Notes under the pieces: model-generated
Databases searched by the model: none
Told to the model about the DNA's origin: nothing
Seen by the model: the letters and a program-made list of their open reading frames with translations, nothing else
Position numbers and translations under genes: made by a program
Virus record (IMG/VR): IMGVR_UViG_3300016466_000859
Span: 32,001-96,000 of that record
Strand: one strand, 5' to 3'
Source: a virus
DNA length: 64,000 nucleotides
In this document: one piece after another, positions 1-10,132 of the stretch
Numbering within the stretch: the first letter of the stretch is position 1
Layout of the letters: each line of letters starts with the position of its first letter

Positions 1-1
1 C

Positions 2-3000
2 ACGGATCTTTCGAGAGTTTCTGCAAGGCTTTATAAGAACCAATCGGAAATAAAGAAAACCAGAAGTTTTTCGGGCAACGGGGTTTATCTTGTCGCGAAA
101 TCGATGCGCACCGAATCTTCCGCAAAAATCAATCAGATGTCTCCGTTAAATGGATGGTTAGTGGGAGACTGTGTCTGGGCAGATAACATCAATCACGATG
201 GCCATTGGGGAGTTTATGAAAAAACTGATTCATGGAAATATCAAATTGAACTTCCTGTAGAAGCGTCAGACTTAGTAGGCGGGGATCGTTTCGGACATGC
301 AGTTAAAATAAATTCCCAACGAGATCTTATTGTGGTTTCTTCTCCGGAATCCGGAGAAGGTAATATAAAAACTTTTGTAAAGCTCACCTCAGGGGAATTC
401 AAGCAATCGTCCACTTTTAGACCGACTCTGTCGCTTGACACCGCTGGATTTGGTAAATCTGTCGATCTTGTTGACTATCGAGTAGCAGTGGGAGCACCTG
501 CCAGTGACAGCGATCGGGGTCGTGTGTTTGTCTATAACTTCCGTGCCGAAAAACAAAAGTTTGATCTACAAGTTCTTTTTGCTCCGGATGCAAACCCAGG
601 GGACCAATTTGGGCATTCGGTGTCACTGAGCCAAGATTCCCAATGGTTGTATATTGGTGCACCGGGCAAAGATACTGTTTATGTCTATCATTATGACACC
701 AGCTTAACAGAACTTGGCACACATGTTTTAACTACCGAACCGGGACAAACAGATTATGTCTTGGATTTCTCTGTTGCCACAGCAGAATCAATCAAAGTGA
801 TATCAGAGTTTGGGTTACCTGACTTGTTTATCGGCGATGGAGCCACCGACACCTTTACCTTGTCGGCAGGATTAGTAGGACGTCGACTGCAAGTCATAGT
901 AAACAATCAGCTAATGCTGGCATCGGATTATGTCGTTGACGGAGATACATTGACGCTGAACTCTGTGCCAAACAACGGTAATGTCATTGTGGTTCGAATC
1001 AATCAGCCAGTGTTGTTACAGCCCGGAGTTGATTACACAGTCACTGAGACCGGTGAGCTGAGTTTGTCCAAAGACCCCGGAACTCTATCGATTGAGGTGC
1101 AGCAGGCATATCACTATAAATTAGTTGACGAATTAACAGGCACCGCCGGAAGCCAATTTGGACATACAGTAAAAACCAACCGCGATGGATCAGTGATTGC
1201 AATCGGAGCACCTAACAAAACAATCATCAACGGGGAAACTACCTACAACAACACTGGTGCCGGGTACATTTACACTCGCCGAGTTGAGGAGCAATCTCTC
1301 AAGGCTAACCGAAGCACTTATATACCATCGTCGGTGTCGATGCCTTTTGTTGACTTGTTCGTCAATGGCGTGCTGTTACATTCGGGCACCGATTACACAT
1401 TGAATAACAATGAAATCTTGTTATTGAGTCCATACGAAGCAGGCCAGGCGCTGACAATAAGCACCGCTCAATTTGATCTCCTGCAAGAGATTTTGAGTCC
1501 CGATTTGGTTGATCAAGGAAACTTTGGATTTTCTTTGGACATGGATCACAATGCAAAATCGATCTACATTGGCGCCCCTAATTATTATGATTCAGTCTAT
1601 AGCCAAGGAAAAGTCTATAGATTTACAATGAAATCAAAGTATTTTGGAAGCTCGGTTTCGCAGCTAGAAAATCCAGTAATAACTGCTGGATCAACAATAT
1701 ATGTAAACCGGATTCCGGTGACATTTACCGCGGCCACCGACAGTGGTGATACCACAGCCGGATCGATGGCCATAGATATCAATCGTTTGCCCGGAATAAC
1801 GGCTGCTGTAGACCAAGACGGAAGATTGGCGATTTCTACGATATCAAAAGTCAGTAAAGATCTTCAGTTAACCCCGGCTGGCGACGATACACTAGACCAA
1901 ATCGGATTTGATGCGTATGTATTAGATCAAGAAATACTAGAACCCGACTTCAACGAAGGAGCGTTTGGCAGCAATATCGTGGTAGACAGTCAAGGGGAAA
2001 CTGTATCAATCACAGGAAAAAATTCTTCGTTGACACAATCAATTACTTTTGACAGTGGACTTGGAGTTGCTGGGACAACATTTGACATTGGCACAACATT
2101 GTTCAACAAAATAGTTAACGGCAGCGGGGCGGTCTATCTATATGAATTGATCGACAATGGCCTTTCCGGAATCGACAATACTGGTTCGTTGATTTTTGCC
2201 AACAAGCTTTCGTTGCGAGAAGTATACCCCGGGGATGAGTTTGGATTTTCGGTGGGATTGCAGAAAGATTCAATGGTTGTTTCGTCTCCGGGATTTGATC
2301 CTTTGCCGTTGCCGGATCAATTTGATTTAAAAGTTGAGAATCTCGACGAGCTGTCGTGGATCGGGGTTAACGCCTTGACCATTGGTACAAGAGTACTGGT
2401 GGTGTCAGACATCAGCAACCGAGGATCTTGGTCAATTTGGACCTACAATGGCGCACAGTCCACAGATTTTCGTACAAATTTTGTGCGAGATGCCGCAGGA
2501 GTGATTAAAAACACGGGATCGGTGCATTTGTACACCAATCCGTTGTCTAAGAAAATATGGAATCTCAAGCGCAAACAAGATCCGGTTGTGGATCTCGATT
2601 CTGTGAATCGACTTGTTATTTACAACCGTGACAGCAATACCATCATAGCCAATCTGGATTACATTGATCCTGCCAAGGGTAAGATACTGGGAATCGCTGA
2701 ACAAGATATAGATTTCAAGACCGAGTTAGATCCTGCGATCTACACCAACGGCACTTCGGAAGTCGTAGTTGATCAAGGCATGAGATGGGGCGAGCAGCAA
2801 GTTGGGATGATCTGGTGGAATCTCAGCAAGGTTCGATATCTCGATTATGAACAAGATGACTTGGTTTATAGGACCAAGAATTGGGGAGCAACCTTTCCGG
2901 GATCTGAAATCGAAATCTGTGAGTGGGTGTCGAGCTCGGTCCCGCCTGATCAGTACACGTCACGTGGCGGTTCAGGAACTCCAAAATACAACAATCAGGC

Positions 3001-6000
3001 CTATGTGGTTGACACAGTGATAGACTCCCAGTCTGGAATTTTGAATCCTCGCTATTATTTTTGGGTCACAGGAAAGCAAGATGTTTCGGTGAGCCGAAAG
3101 CGCAACAGTTGTGCCGCCATTGCCGACATCATTGAAAACCCCAACCTCCAAGGAGTTCCATATGCTGGCATGTTAAAGAGCAATGCTCTTGCGCTCTACG
3201 GAATCAACGATTATTTGTCGGGAACGAGCGTTGTTTTGCAAATTGATTATGCCAATGTACCTAACTCAAATGTCATGCATACTGAATTTGAATTGGTGCA
3301 AGAAAACCGACGAGAAAGCGAAATACCCAACAAGATAGTCAACAAAATGGTTGATAGTTTGGCTGGCATTGACCGCATTGGCAATGTGGTTCCTGACCCC
3401 ACACTCAAAGACAACGAGCGAGTTGGTATCTCCTATCGACCACGACAAAACATGTTCCGGGACCGTGCCAGAGCACTAAGGAGCGTGATCGATTTTGTCA
3501 ATCGCATATTTTTAGCCTATCCAGTAGTAAGGCAATTTAATACCAATGGATTCTTTGGACAAGATCCTGTTCCAACTTCCTCGGGCTACGATCGCAAGGT
3601 TTCCACAGTAGACGAGCTTGGGTACATCAATACCGATGAAATTGATGTTGGGTATCGTGTATTGATAGAAAATGATTCTACCAATGATGGACTTTGGACG
3701 GTCTGGCGATTTAACGGTGCTCGCTTTGTGTTATCAAGAATACAGTCTTACAAAACCGATTTATATTGGGAATATCGTAATTGGTATGCCGACGGATTCG
3801 ATCCGTCAACAAAAATCACTTACACCGTAGATTACGAAAAAGATATCGGAGCAATTAATTTGCGTCCCGGGGATATCATTGATGTGAGATATGATCAACA
3901 AGGGCAAGGTGTAACATATCGAGTGCAAGATGATTTTTCTCTGCTTATGGTTGCGTTGGAAAATGGCACCATACAATTTTTACCCAACCTCTACAATATC
4001 AACAACGACGGAATGGGGTTTGATTCGTCAAATTTTGACAATGTGCGCTACGATAAAACTCCCGGTGTTGAAATACGACAAATATTAGAATCGATACGCA
4101 AGGATATATTTGTAGGCGAATTCAAGCAAGAATTTAATCGCATGTTCTTTGTGATGGTAAACTATTTGTTGACTGAGCAAAAACACGTGGACTGGATATT
4201 TAAAACCAGCTTTGTAAATATCGTTCATAAACTGCGAAAGCTAGATCAATACCCCAGCTTCGTCCGTGACAATCAAGATTATTACATTGATTATATCAAT
4301 GAAGTTAAACCGTATCGCACACAGATACGAGAATATCTACTGAACTATGACGGCATTGATATAGTTGACGGTAATGTCAGTGACTTTGATCTTCCGGCCT
4401 ACTATGACAAAATATTAGATCAATATCGGACCCCTATTGGAGAACGAGCCGGCGACGAAGATTTATTATCCGGCGTAGAATATCGTGCGTGGAACCAATC
4501 TCACCAATTGGTAGTTGATCGTATCATTGTCGAAAATCGCGGATCGGGATACACCGTGATTCCAGAAATAACCATTGAGGGAGGCGGAGGCCGCGGCGCC
4601 AAAGCAATCGCAACCATTGATTTTGACGGGCTGACATCGATAGTAGTTACCGATCCAGGTCGCGGGTACACATCCACTCCTCGTGTAGTAATCAATGGCA
4701 ATGGGTCGGGTGCTGTTGCATATCCATTGATGAAAAATGTACACATAGGCAACGATCAACCGGGATATAACCTAGTACGATCATTGAATTCAGTTGTCAA
4801 ATTGGATCGTATCGCCTATGACACTCAGATACCCGCATGGACAGCCAATTCTGAAATTTTTTCAGATCGTGTTTCTTATCTCAATGACATTTATAAAATA
4901 AATGAGTCAAACATTTATGTTGTCCCAGTACAGTTGTCGGGCATCGAAACATTTGACGTTGAACTTATCTCAACATTCCAGGTAGAAAACACTGACCTTA
5001 CTCCATCTACAGTGATCAACATTAACAATGTTGAGGCTATGTTTGGTATTGATTATAGCATTAACATGGATGATAATACCATTACCCTGCTGGACCCCCA
5101 GTTAGAGGACGAGGTGTCTATACGGTATGTTGGTGATGAAGGTGAGGATCTATACGAATTATTCTTGGTTGAAACACCTCGAGTGTACCAACTCAATAAA
5201 TCTGCCAAAGGATATCTCAATGACCTAGAAAATATTGAGTACAGAGTCTATCTTGGAGACCAGCTCCAACCGATGTCTCGCTATGAATTTTCCGAAGACC
5301 TCAAAACTCTTGAATTTGTTGACTACCCCACCCCGGGTCTACAAATCAAAGTAAATGTTGAAAACGATGTAATATTTGCTGTTTCGCCCGAAGATGTACC
5401 TGGAGCGATCTACAACAGCGATAGCGACAGTTGGAGCACAATCATCGAAGGTAAATTGACACCCATTGGTGGTATTGATGACATCGCGATCGGACAGCGT
5501 GTGCGCGGTTCAGGAATCAATAATTTCAACAACACTGTTGTGGTGCAGGAAAAAGATACCGACAGTGGTACTGTAAGACTGCAAAGCGAAACAAAGACAA
5601 AAACCGTACGCGGACAATGGGAAGGCAAAGAGTGGATACCAGGCGAAGAAATAACCTATAGAGATCCGGCTGTCTTGGTGCAAGGAAAAAATACCATCGA
5701 ATTGTTATATTTCATTAGCCCAATTGTCACAGAAAGATTCTTTGACTATCGAATATTCACTCGAGTCAATGGTAACGAGGCAGGGCACGCCATTGACCGT
5801 GCTGTGGCCTACTATCAACCAGTTGAAGGCGGGGAAGGGCAAGATCCTTCCCAAGTAATCAAAGGTATCACATATCCTGGAGTCCGTGTACAAGGTCTTC
5901 CATTTGAACAAGATGAAGAATTGAGTTCGGTGTCGGCTCTCATTGATTCGCATATCTCTAGTCGGTATCGAGATATTGCGCTTGGAACCAGGCCCGAAGA

Positions 6001-6853
6001 TATCACGATCACAGGCGGTGCTTATGTAGATCTTTACAGCAGTCATGCTCCCGAAGAACTGGTTCCGGGCATTATCTTTGACAGTTTGAACATGCAAGTT
6101 TTCACCAAACCTATCACTCCTTGGAGTTCGGGTGATGATGAAAGATTCGTAGGTGATGGGTCTACCACGGATTTCGTCTATACAAATAACCTGCTTAGAA
6201 ATTCAAATGCTGTGATTTTAGTAGGAAATCGGCCAGCGACAAAAGGAATTGATTATGTATTTTCTGGAAATAAAATAGTATTTGAAGAAGCTCCGCAAGC
6301 CGGCAAAGAGATTCGTGTAGTGGGTTTTGAGGTCACCGGCAAGCCATTGGCCTATAGGGTCTTCCATGACATGGCCGAGGATCGCAATTATTATCGTATC
6401 GCAGAAGCATATTCAACTACGCTGACTCGACCACTGGCAATCACCGACACAGAGATACATGTGGCAAACGCATCAGTGTTATCTCCGCCAACAAGTCGAC
6501 AGCCCGGGAGGTTGTTTGTGGGCGGCGAAATGATCACGTTCCTAGAACTGGATACCGTTAACAATCTTGTAAAACGCATACGCCGCGGCGTCAACGGAAC
6601 CGGAGCACCTGCTCTGCATGCAACCGGGAGAAGAGTAGTTGACGCCGGAGAAATACAACGACTTCCTGGTCAGGCCGACACCACACGCTGGCTAAACTCC
6701 TCGACAGAGTTTGGGTTCCGCGAAATCGGAGATTTTGATTATACCGGATACGACGAAGAAGATTTCGACGTACTCATACAGATTTCTGATGCTGCGTTAG
6801 TTCCCACCGAACAAGCTCGATTCCTTGCAAAATCGCCAGGATTTAACCGTTGA
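2..6853 (+). CDS. Giant virion structural protein (baseplate/tail-associated) with FG-GAP beta-propeller repeats; 5'-truncated by the window edge
   Basis: The frame is open from base 2 (TDLSRVSARLYKN...) into the 2249-aa ORF. About seven FG-GAP-like motifs (DRFGHAV, GFGKSV, QFGHSV, QFGHTV, NFGFSL, AFGSNI, EFGFSV), GxGYT...ITIxGGGG repeats, located at the head of a tail-gene block. Confidence 0.7.
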   Translation, partial: TDLSRVSARLYKNQSEIKKTRSFSGNGVYLVAKSMRTESSAKINQMSPLNGWLVGDCVWADNINHDGHWGVYEKTDSWKYQIELPVEASDLVGGDRFGHAVKINSQRDLIVVSSPESGEGNIKTFVKLTSGEFKQSSTFRPTLSLDTAGFGKSVDLVDYRVAVGAPASDSDRGRVFVYNFRAEKQKFDLQVLFAPDANPGDQFGHSVSLSQDSQWLYIGAPGKDTVYVYHYDTSLTELGTHVLTTEPGQTDYVLDFSVATAESIKVISEFGLPDLFIGDGATDTFTLSAGLVGRRLQVIVNNQLMLASDYVVDGDTLTLNSVPNNGNVIVVRINQPVLLQPGVDYTVTETGELSLSKDPGTLSIEVQQAYHYKLVDELTGTAGSQFGHTVKTNRDGSVIAIGAPNKTIINGETTYNNTGAGYIYTRRVEEQSLKANRSTYIPSSVSMPFVDLFVNGVLLHSGTDYTLNNNEILLLSPYEAGQALTISTAQFDLLQEILSPDLVDQGNFGFSLDMDHNAKSIYIGAPNYYDSVYSQGKVYRFTMKSKYFGSSVSQLENPVITAGSTIYVNRIPVTFTAATDSGDTTAGSMAIDINRLPGITAAVDQDGRLAISTISKVSKDLQLTPAGDDTLDQIGFDAYVLDQEILEPDFNEGAFGSNIVVDSQGETVSITGKNSSLTQSITFDSGLGVAGTTFDIGTTLFNKIVNGSGAVYLYELIDNGLSGIDNTGSLIFANKLSLREVYPGDEFGFSVGLQKDSMVVSSPGFDPLPLPDQFDLKVENLDELSWIGVNALTIGTRVLVVSDISNRGSWSIWTYNGAQSTDFRTNFVRDAAGVIKNTGSVHLYTNPLSKKIWNLKRKQDPVVDLDSVNRLVIYNRDSNTIIANLDYIDPAKGKILGIAEQDIDFKTELDPAIYTNGTSEVVVDQGMRWGEQQVGMIWWNLSKVRYLDYEQDDLVYRTKNWGATFPGSEIEICEWVSSSVPPDQYTSRGGSGTPKYNNQAYVVDTVIDSQSGILNPRYYFWVTGKQDVSVSRKRNSCAAIADIIENPNLQGVPYAGMLKSNALALYGINDYLSGTSVVLQIDYANVPNSNVMHTEFELVQENRRESEIPNKIVNKMVDSLAGIDRIGNVVPDPTLKDNERVGISYRPRQNMFRDRARALRSVIDFVNRIFLAYPVVRQFNTNGFFGQDPVPTSSGYDRKVSTVDELGYINTDEIDVGYRVLIENDSTNDGLWTVWRFNGARFVLSRIQSYKTDLYWEYRNWYADGFDPSTKITYTVDYEKDIGAINLRPGDIIDVRYDQQGQGVTYRVQDDFSLLMVALENGTIQFLPNLYNINNDGMGFDSSNFDNVRYDKTPGVEIRQILESIRKDIFVGEFKQEFNRMFFVMVNYLLTEQKHVDWIFKTSFVNIVHKLRKLDQYPSFVRDNQDYYIDYINEVKPYRTQIREYLLNYDGIDIVDGNVSDFDLPAYYDKILDQYRTPIGERAGDEDLLSGVEYRAWNQSHQLVVDRIIVENRGSGYTVIPEITIEGGGGRGAKAIATIDFDGLTSIVVTDPGRGYTSTPRVVINGNGSGAVAYPLMKNVHIGNDQPGYNLVRSLNSVVKLDRIAYDTQIPAWTANSEIFSDRVSYLNDIYKINESNIYVVPVQLSGIETFDVELISTFQVENTDLTPSTVININNVEAMFGIDYSINMDDNTITLLDPQLEDEVSIRYVGDEGEDLYELFLVETPRVYQLNKSAKGYLNDLENIEYRVYLGDQLQPMSRYEFSEDLKTLEFVDYPTPGLQIKVNVENDVIFAVSPEDVPGAIYNSDSDSWSTIIEGKLTPIGGIDDIAIGQRVRGSGINNFNNTVVVQEKDTDSGTVRLQSETKTKTVRGQWEGKEWIPGEEITYRDPAVLVQGKNTIELLYFISPIVTERFFDYRIFTRVNGNEAGHAIDRAVAYYQPVEGGEGQDPSQVIKGITYPGVRVQGLPFEQDEELSSVSALIDSHISSRYRDIALGTRPEDITITGGAYVDLYSSHAPEELVPGIIFDSLNMQVFTKPITPWSSGDDERFVGDGSTTDFVYTNNLLRNSNAVILVGNRPATKGIDYVFSGNKIVFEEAPQAGKEIRVVGFEVTGKPLAYRVFHDMAEDRNYYRIAEAYSTTLTRPLAITDTEIHVANASVLSPPTSRQPGRLFVGGEMITFLELDTVNNLVKRIRRGVNGTGAPALHATGRRVVDAGEIQRLPGQADTTRWLNSSTEFGFREIGDFDYTGYDEEDFDVLIQISDAALVPTEQARFLAKSPGFNR

Positions 6854-6859
6854 TAAATA
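6854..6859 (+). promoter_or_regulatory. Putative T4-like late promoter core (TAAATA)
   Basis: TAAATA sits in the short gap between two structural genes. The same core recurs in intergenic gaps at 10108, 11648, 44204, 45798 (+) and 39438, 45709, 46831, 52481, 52531, 56725 (-). A 6-mer can also occur by chance. Confidence 0.45.
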
Positions 6860-6864
6860 ATATT

Positions 6865-7554
6865 ATGGAAAATAATCGCTCTCAGGACGAGATCAATATG
6901 GAAGATAAACACGCACAAACTCAGCCCCAACCCAATGATGTTGGTGGGGTGCATCTACAAGGACACATCAAAATTCATGATCCTGAATCGGGGGAAGTTT
7001 TTGTAGACAAACGCAACGCCATACATTACGAAAATATTTCTGAAGCCATAGCCTATAACTTGGCAAATAAAAATCAAGGATTCATATATGAAATGCATCT
7101 GGGCAACGGTGGCACTACTGTCAACGAAACCGGGGTAATAACCTATAACCCAGCTAATACCAATGCCCAAAACAGTTCCTTGTACAATGCCACCTACAGC
7201 AAGATCATTGATGATCTATCGGCGTCTAATAGAGATCCCTTGCGTAACAAAATGGAGATACGACACACTCCGGGAACGCCCTACACTGATATCTTGGTCA
7301 CCTGCTTGTTAGACTACGGCGAACCCGCTGATCAGGCGGCATTTGATACCACACAAGATCTCAGTGGATCGTATGTGTTTGACGAATTGGGTCTACGAGC
7401 CCGCAGTACCGACGGTACTGAAGGATTGACAACCACCGGTAAATTGTTAACGCATGTAGTTTTTCACCCAGTTCAAAAATCATTGAATCGACTGATACAG
7501 ATTGACTATACCGTGCGCATTCAGACCTTGACAAATCTCAGTGCGATTGGATAA
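6865..7554 (+). CDS. Putative virion/baseplate structural protein
   Basis: ORF lies between the giant structural gene and the tail fibres. ATG start at 6865 or 6898 (track starts at TTG 6850). Function inferred from context only. Confidence 0.55.
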   Translation: MENNRSQDEINMEDKHAQTQPQPNDVGGVHLQGHIKIHDPESGEVFVDKRNAIHYENISEAIAYNLANKNQGFIYEMHLGNGGTTVNETGVITYNPANTNAQNSSLYNATYSKIIDDLSASNRDPLRNKMEIRHTPGTPYTDILVTCLLDYGEPADQAAFDTTQDLSGSYVFDELGLRARSTDGTEGLTTTGKLLTHVVFHPVQKSLNRLIQIDYTVRIQTLTNLSAIG

Positions 7555-7560
7555 TGTGAC

Positions 7561-8751
7561 ATGGCCTATACCATAAACAAAAGCAACGGAGAAGTATTGA
7601 TAAGTTTGCCTGATGGCACACTTGATACTACTTTGGGTATTAACCTTGTGGGCAGAAATTATGTTGGGTATGGCGAACTCCACCAAGAAAATTTTGTAAG
7701 GCTGTTAGAAAATTTCGCCGATGATACTAGACCGTCTAGACCATTGGTTGGGCAACTGTGGTATGATACATCAATACAAGCTCTAAAATACTATAATGGT
7801 TCTACTTTTAAACCAATTTCAAACACCAGCGTATCGTCACAATCTCCTACCAACACGCAAGTTGGAGATGCTTGGTGGGATACTGCAAATCAAAAACTAC
7901 GAGTATGGAATGGTACCAGCTGGAGCGAGATAGGTCCTTTCGTCAACACATCTGGCTACACTACAGTCGATGATGCGAGGTCGTCGTTGAGTTTTGTAGC
8001 CGGGCGCGGAAACTATAACAGCTCAACAGGAACTTTTACGATACCCACCGACACCAGTCAGCTGATCAACGGCGCGGGTTACATCACTGTTGAACAGGCC
8101 AGAGACTCGTTAACATCGGGTACCGGTATTTCCTACAACAGAACCAATGGCAGTATATCAGTGAATCTGTCTGCTGGTACCGGAGTCACTGTTGTAGGAG
8201 AAAATATCTCCATTGGTCAAGACGTCAGCACCGACGCTACTCCGGCATTTGCTGGTATTGCCAAGTCCGGAAGTCCTGGAGTTGGTAACATTGGAACACC
8301 AGGAAATAGATTTGAAACAGTTTATGCAGAAGTTTTTTCGGGCACATCTACCACAGCACAGTATGCCGACGTGGCAGAAAGATTCCATTCTGACAAGAAA
8401 TATCATCCCGGCACCGTAGTGAGGTTAGGGGGGACTGCCGAAATTACCGCCGAGGATGAAGAAGCCAGTGATGAGGTTTTTGGAGTAATTTCAACAAGGC
8501 CAGCACACCTTATGAATGCCTCTGCCGGAACCAATGACACTCACCCCGCTGTGGCCATCAGTGGACGAGTACCGGTGCGTGTGGTTGGTACAGTACGTAA
8601 AGGACAACGTTTGATCAGTGCCGGCAACGGTGTTGCTCGAGGAGCGATGCCCAACGAAGTCACAGCACTCAACATCATCGGTCGTAGCCTAGAAGATAAA
8701 ACCTCCGACAGCGAAGGAGTTGTTGAAGCCATAGTACGACTCAATTCTTAA
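7561..8751 (+). CDS. Tail fibre-like protein with C-terminal Peptidase_G2-type intramolecular chaperone
   Basis: N-terminal anchor (LVGRNYVGYGELHQENFVRLLENFA...GQLWYD) shared with 10133 and 11680. C-terminus YADVAERF...GTVV...PAVAISGRVPVRVVG resembles the IMC autoproteolytic domain. Confidence 0.7.
   Translation: MAYTINKSNGEVLISLPDGTLDTTLGINLVGRNYVGYGELHQENFVRLLENFADDTRPSRPLVGQLWYDTSIQALKYYNGSTFKPISNTSVSSQSPTNTQVGDAWWDTANQKLRVWNGTSWSEIGPFVNTSGYTTVDDARSSLSFVAGRGNYNSSTGTFTIPTDTSQLINGAGYITVEQARDSLTSGTGISYNRTNGSISVNLSAGTGVTVVGENISIGQDVSTDATPAFAGIAKSGSPGVGNIGTPGNRFETVYAEVFSGTSTTAQYADVAERFHSDKKYHPGTVVRLGGTAEITAEDEEASDEVFGVISTRPAHLMNASAGTNDTHPAVAISGRVPVRVVGTVRKGQRLISAGNGVARGAMPNEVTALNIIGRSLEDKTSDSEGVVEAIVRLNS
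8551..8594 (+). repeat. 44-bp near-perfect direct repeat, copy 1 (copy 2 at 12997-13040)
   Basis: gtggccatcagtggacgagtacc[g/a]gtgcgtgtggttggtacagt; 43/44 identical, with the single difference synonymous (Pro CCG/CCA). Confidence 0.9.
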
Positions 8752-8766
8752 AGGGTCATTTGGCTC

Positions 8767-10110
8767 ATGTCGCAAGCAATAGTCAAATCAATATCGTCAG
8801 CAGGAGTCTTTGATATCACTGTGCCCGTGGGCTTCAAACCACGTGTCACATATCATCTATGGGGCGGCGGCGGCGGCGCCGGGGGACTTGATGGTAACGG
8901 ACCCGGTGGCAACGGAGCCGCCGGAGCTTACAGTACCGGAACTTTTACTATATCTACCGGAGACACGATACGAATTGCTGTCGGTGAAGGCGGAAGTGGC
9001 GGCGGGTCCAGTACCGGCGGCGGTTCAGGTCGGGGTGGCCGCAGCTTACAAGGCCATGGCGGCGGTCGTGGGGGCAATGCAGGAGGTTGGGGATGGAGTG
9101 GTGGTGGCGGTGGTGGCGGTGGCGCTTCCACCATCGCCCGTAACAGTTCTTTTATTGCTGTTTCAGGAGGTGGTGGCGGCGGCGGTGGCGGAAGTCATAA
9201 TAGATCTGCAGCTCCAGGAGAAAACTCACAGGTAACAGCTTCTGGTACTGCCGGACGCTCGGGCCAAGACATGCCCGGCGATGGTGGAGGCGGTGGCGGC
9301 GGCGGTGGCGGCCGCAACGGATACGGGCCAGTGTCAATAGTACCGATCTCTGTATATCCAGCACCATATCCTGTGTACCCTAGTTTTTTAAATGAACATG
9401 GGATATGGGACTCATCGCGTTCTTCGGGCTCATTTGATCAGACGTTCACTGTCAACTTTCCGGTGTCTGGAACTTACGTGTTCAGCGGCACTGCCGACAA
9501 TGCCTGTTATTTTTACATCGATGGATCATTGGTATTAAGCGGCAGCAACTGGGGACAGATCTATCGAGCATCAGTATCAGTTACGGCTGGATTTCACTCA
9601 GTGAGAGTGCTTGGTGTTAACTGGGGCGGCCCAGCCAGCATTGGGTTGCAAATAACGCAAGGCTCCACAGAAATATTCAGCACACGTCGCCCAGTGTCTT
9701 ACGGATCAGCAGTTGATGATGGCAACGGAGGTGGCCAAGGCGGAGCCTACGGCCCAGACAACAGCTACGGTGGTCGTGGTGGTTATACTGGTGCTGGTGG
9801 ACAGGCTGGCTCGGGCATATATCCATTGGGAACATCAAGTCAATATTGGGCATCTCCAGCCGGTATCGGTGGCAATGGCACCGGAGCGCCAGGCAAGCCC
9901 GGCCAAGCAGTGCTGATATTTGAATCGATTGGATTGGGTAAAACCAAAGTCGACGGTGAATGGCGCAACATAGAATCAGCTCTGATCAAGGTCAATGGAA
10001 CCTGGAGAAATATAACTGGTACTTGGGTAAAAGTCAACAATCAATGGCGAGAAATAGGTGGTTCTCCCAACAGTATAACAGTGATACAAAACAATCAACT
10101 TTACGGCTAA
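8767..10110 (+). CDS. Glycine-rich tail/adhesin protein with a PA14-like central domain
   Basis: Poly-Gly GGGGGGG tracts; central ADNACYFYIDG...GFHSVRV...NWGGPA segment resembles PA14-type domains; C-terminal KVDGEWR/KVNGTWR/KVNNQWR repeats. Confidence 0.55.
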   Translation: MSQAIVKSISSAGVFDITVPVGFKPRVTYHLWGGGGGAGGLDGNGPGGNGAAGAYSTGTFTISTGDTIRIAVGEGGSGGGSSTGGGSGRGGRSLQGHGGGRGGNAGGWGWSGGGGGGGGASTIARNSSFIAVSGGGGGGGGGSHNRSAAPGENSQVTASGTAGRSGQDMPGDGGGGGGGGGGRNGYGPVSIVPISVYPAPYPVYPSFLNEHGIWDSSRSSGSFDQTFTVNFPVSGTYVFSGTADNACYFYIDGSLVLSGSNWGQIYRASVSVTAGFHSVRVLGVNWGGPASIGLQITQGSTEIFSTRRPVSYGSAVDDGNGGGQGGAYGPDNSYGGRGGYTGAGGQAGSGIYPLGTSSQYWASPAGIGGNGTGAPGKPGQAVLIFESIGLGKTKVDGEWRNIESALIKVNGTWRNITGTWVKVNNQWREIGGSPNSITVIQNNQLYG

Positions 10111-10113
10111 ATA
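10108..10113 (+). promoter_or_regulatory. Putative late promoter core TAAATA
   Basis: Overlaps the stop of the 8767 gene, 20 nt upstream of the next ATG. Confidence 0.35.
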
Positions 10114-10132
10114 GAGCATAGGTGACATTGAG

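Noticed and set aside
8860-9320. GGCGGT/GGTGGC tandem repeats as a CRISPR array or microsatellite
   Set aside because: They are poly-Gly codons in frame within the 8767 CDS; there is no repeat-spacer periodicity.
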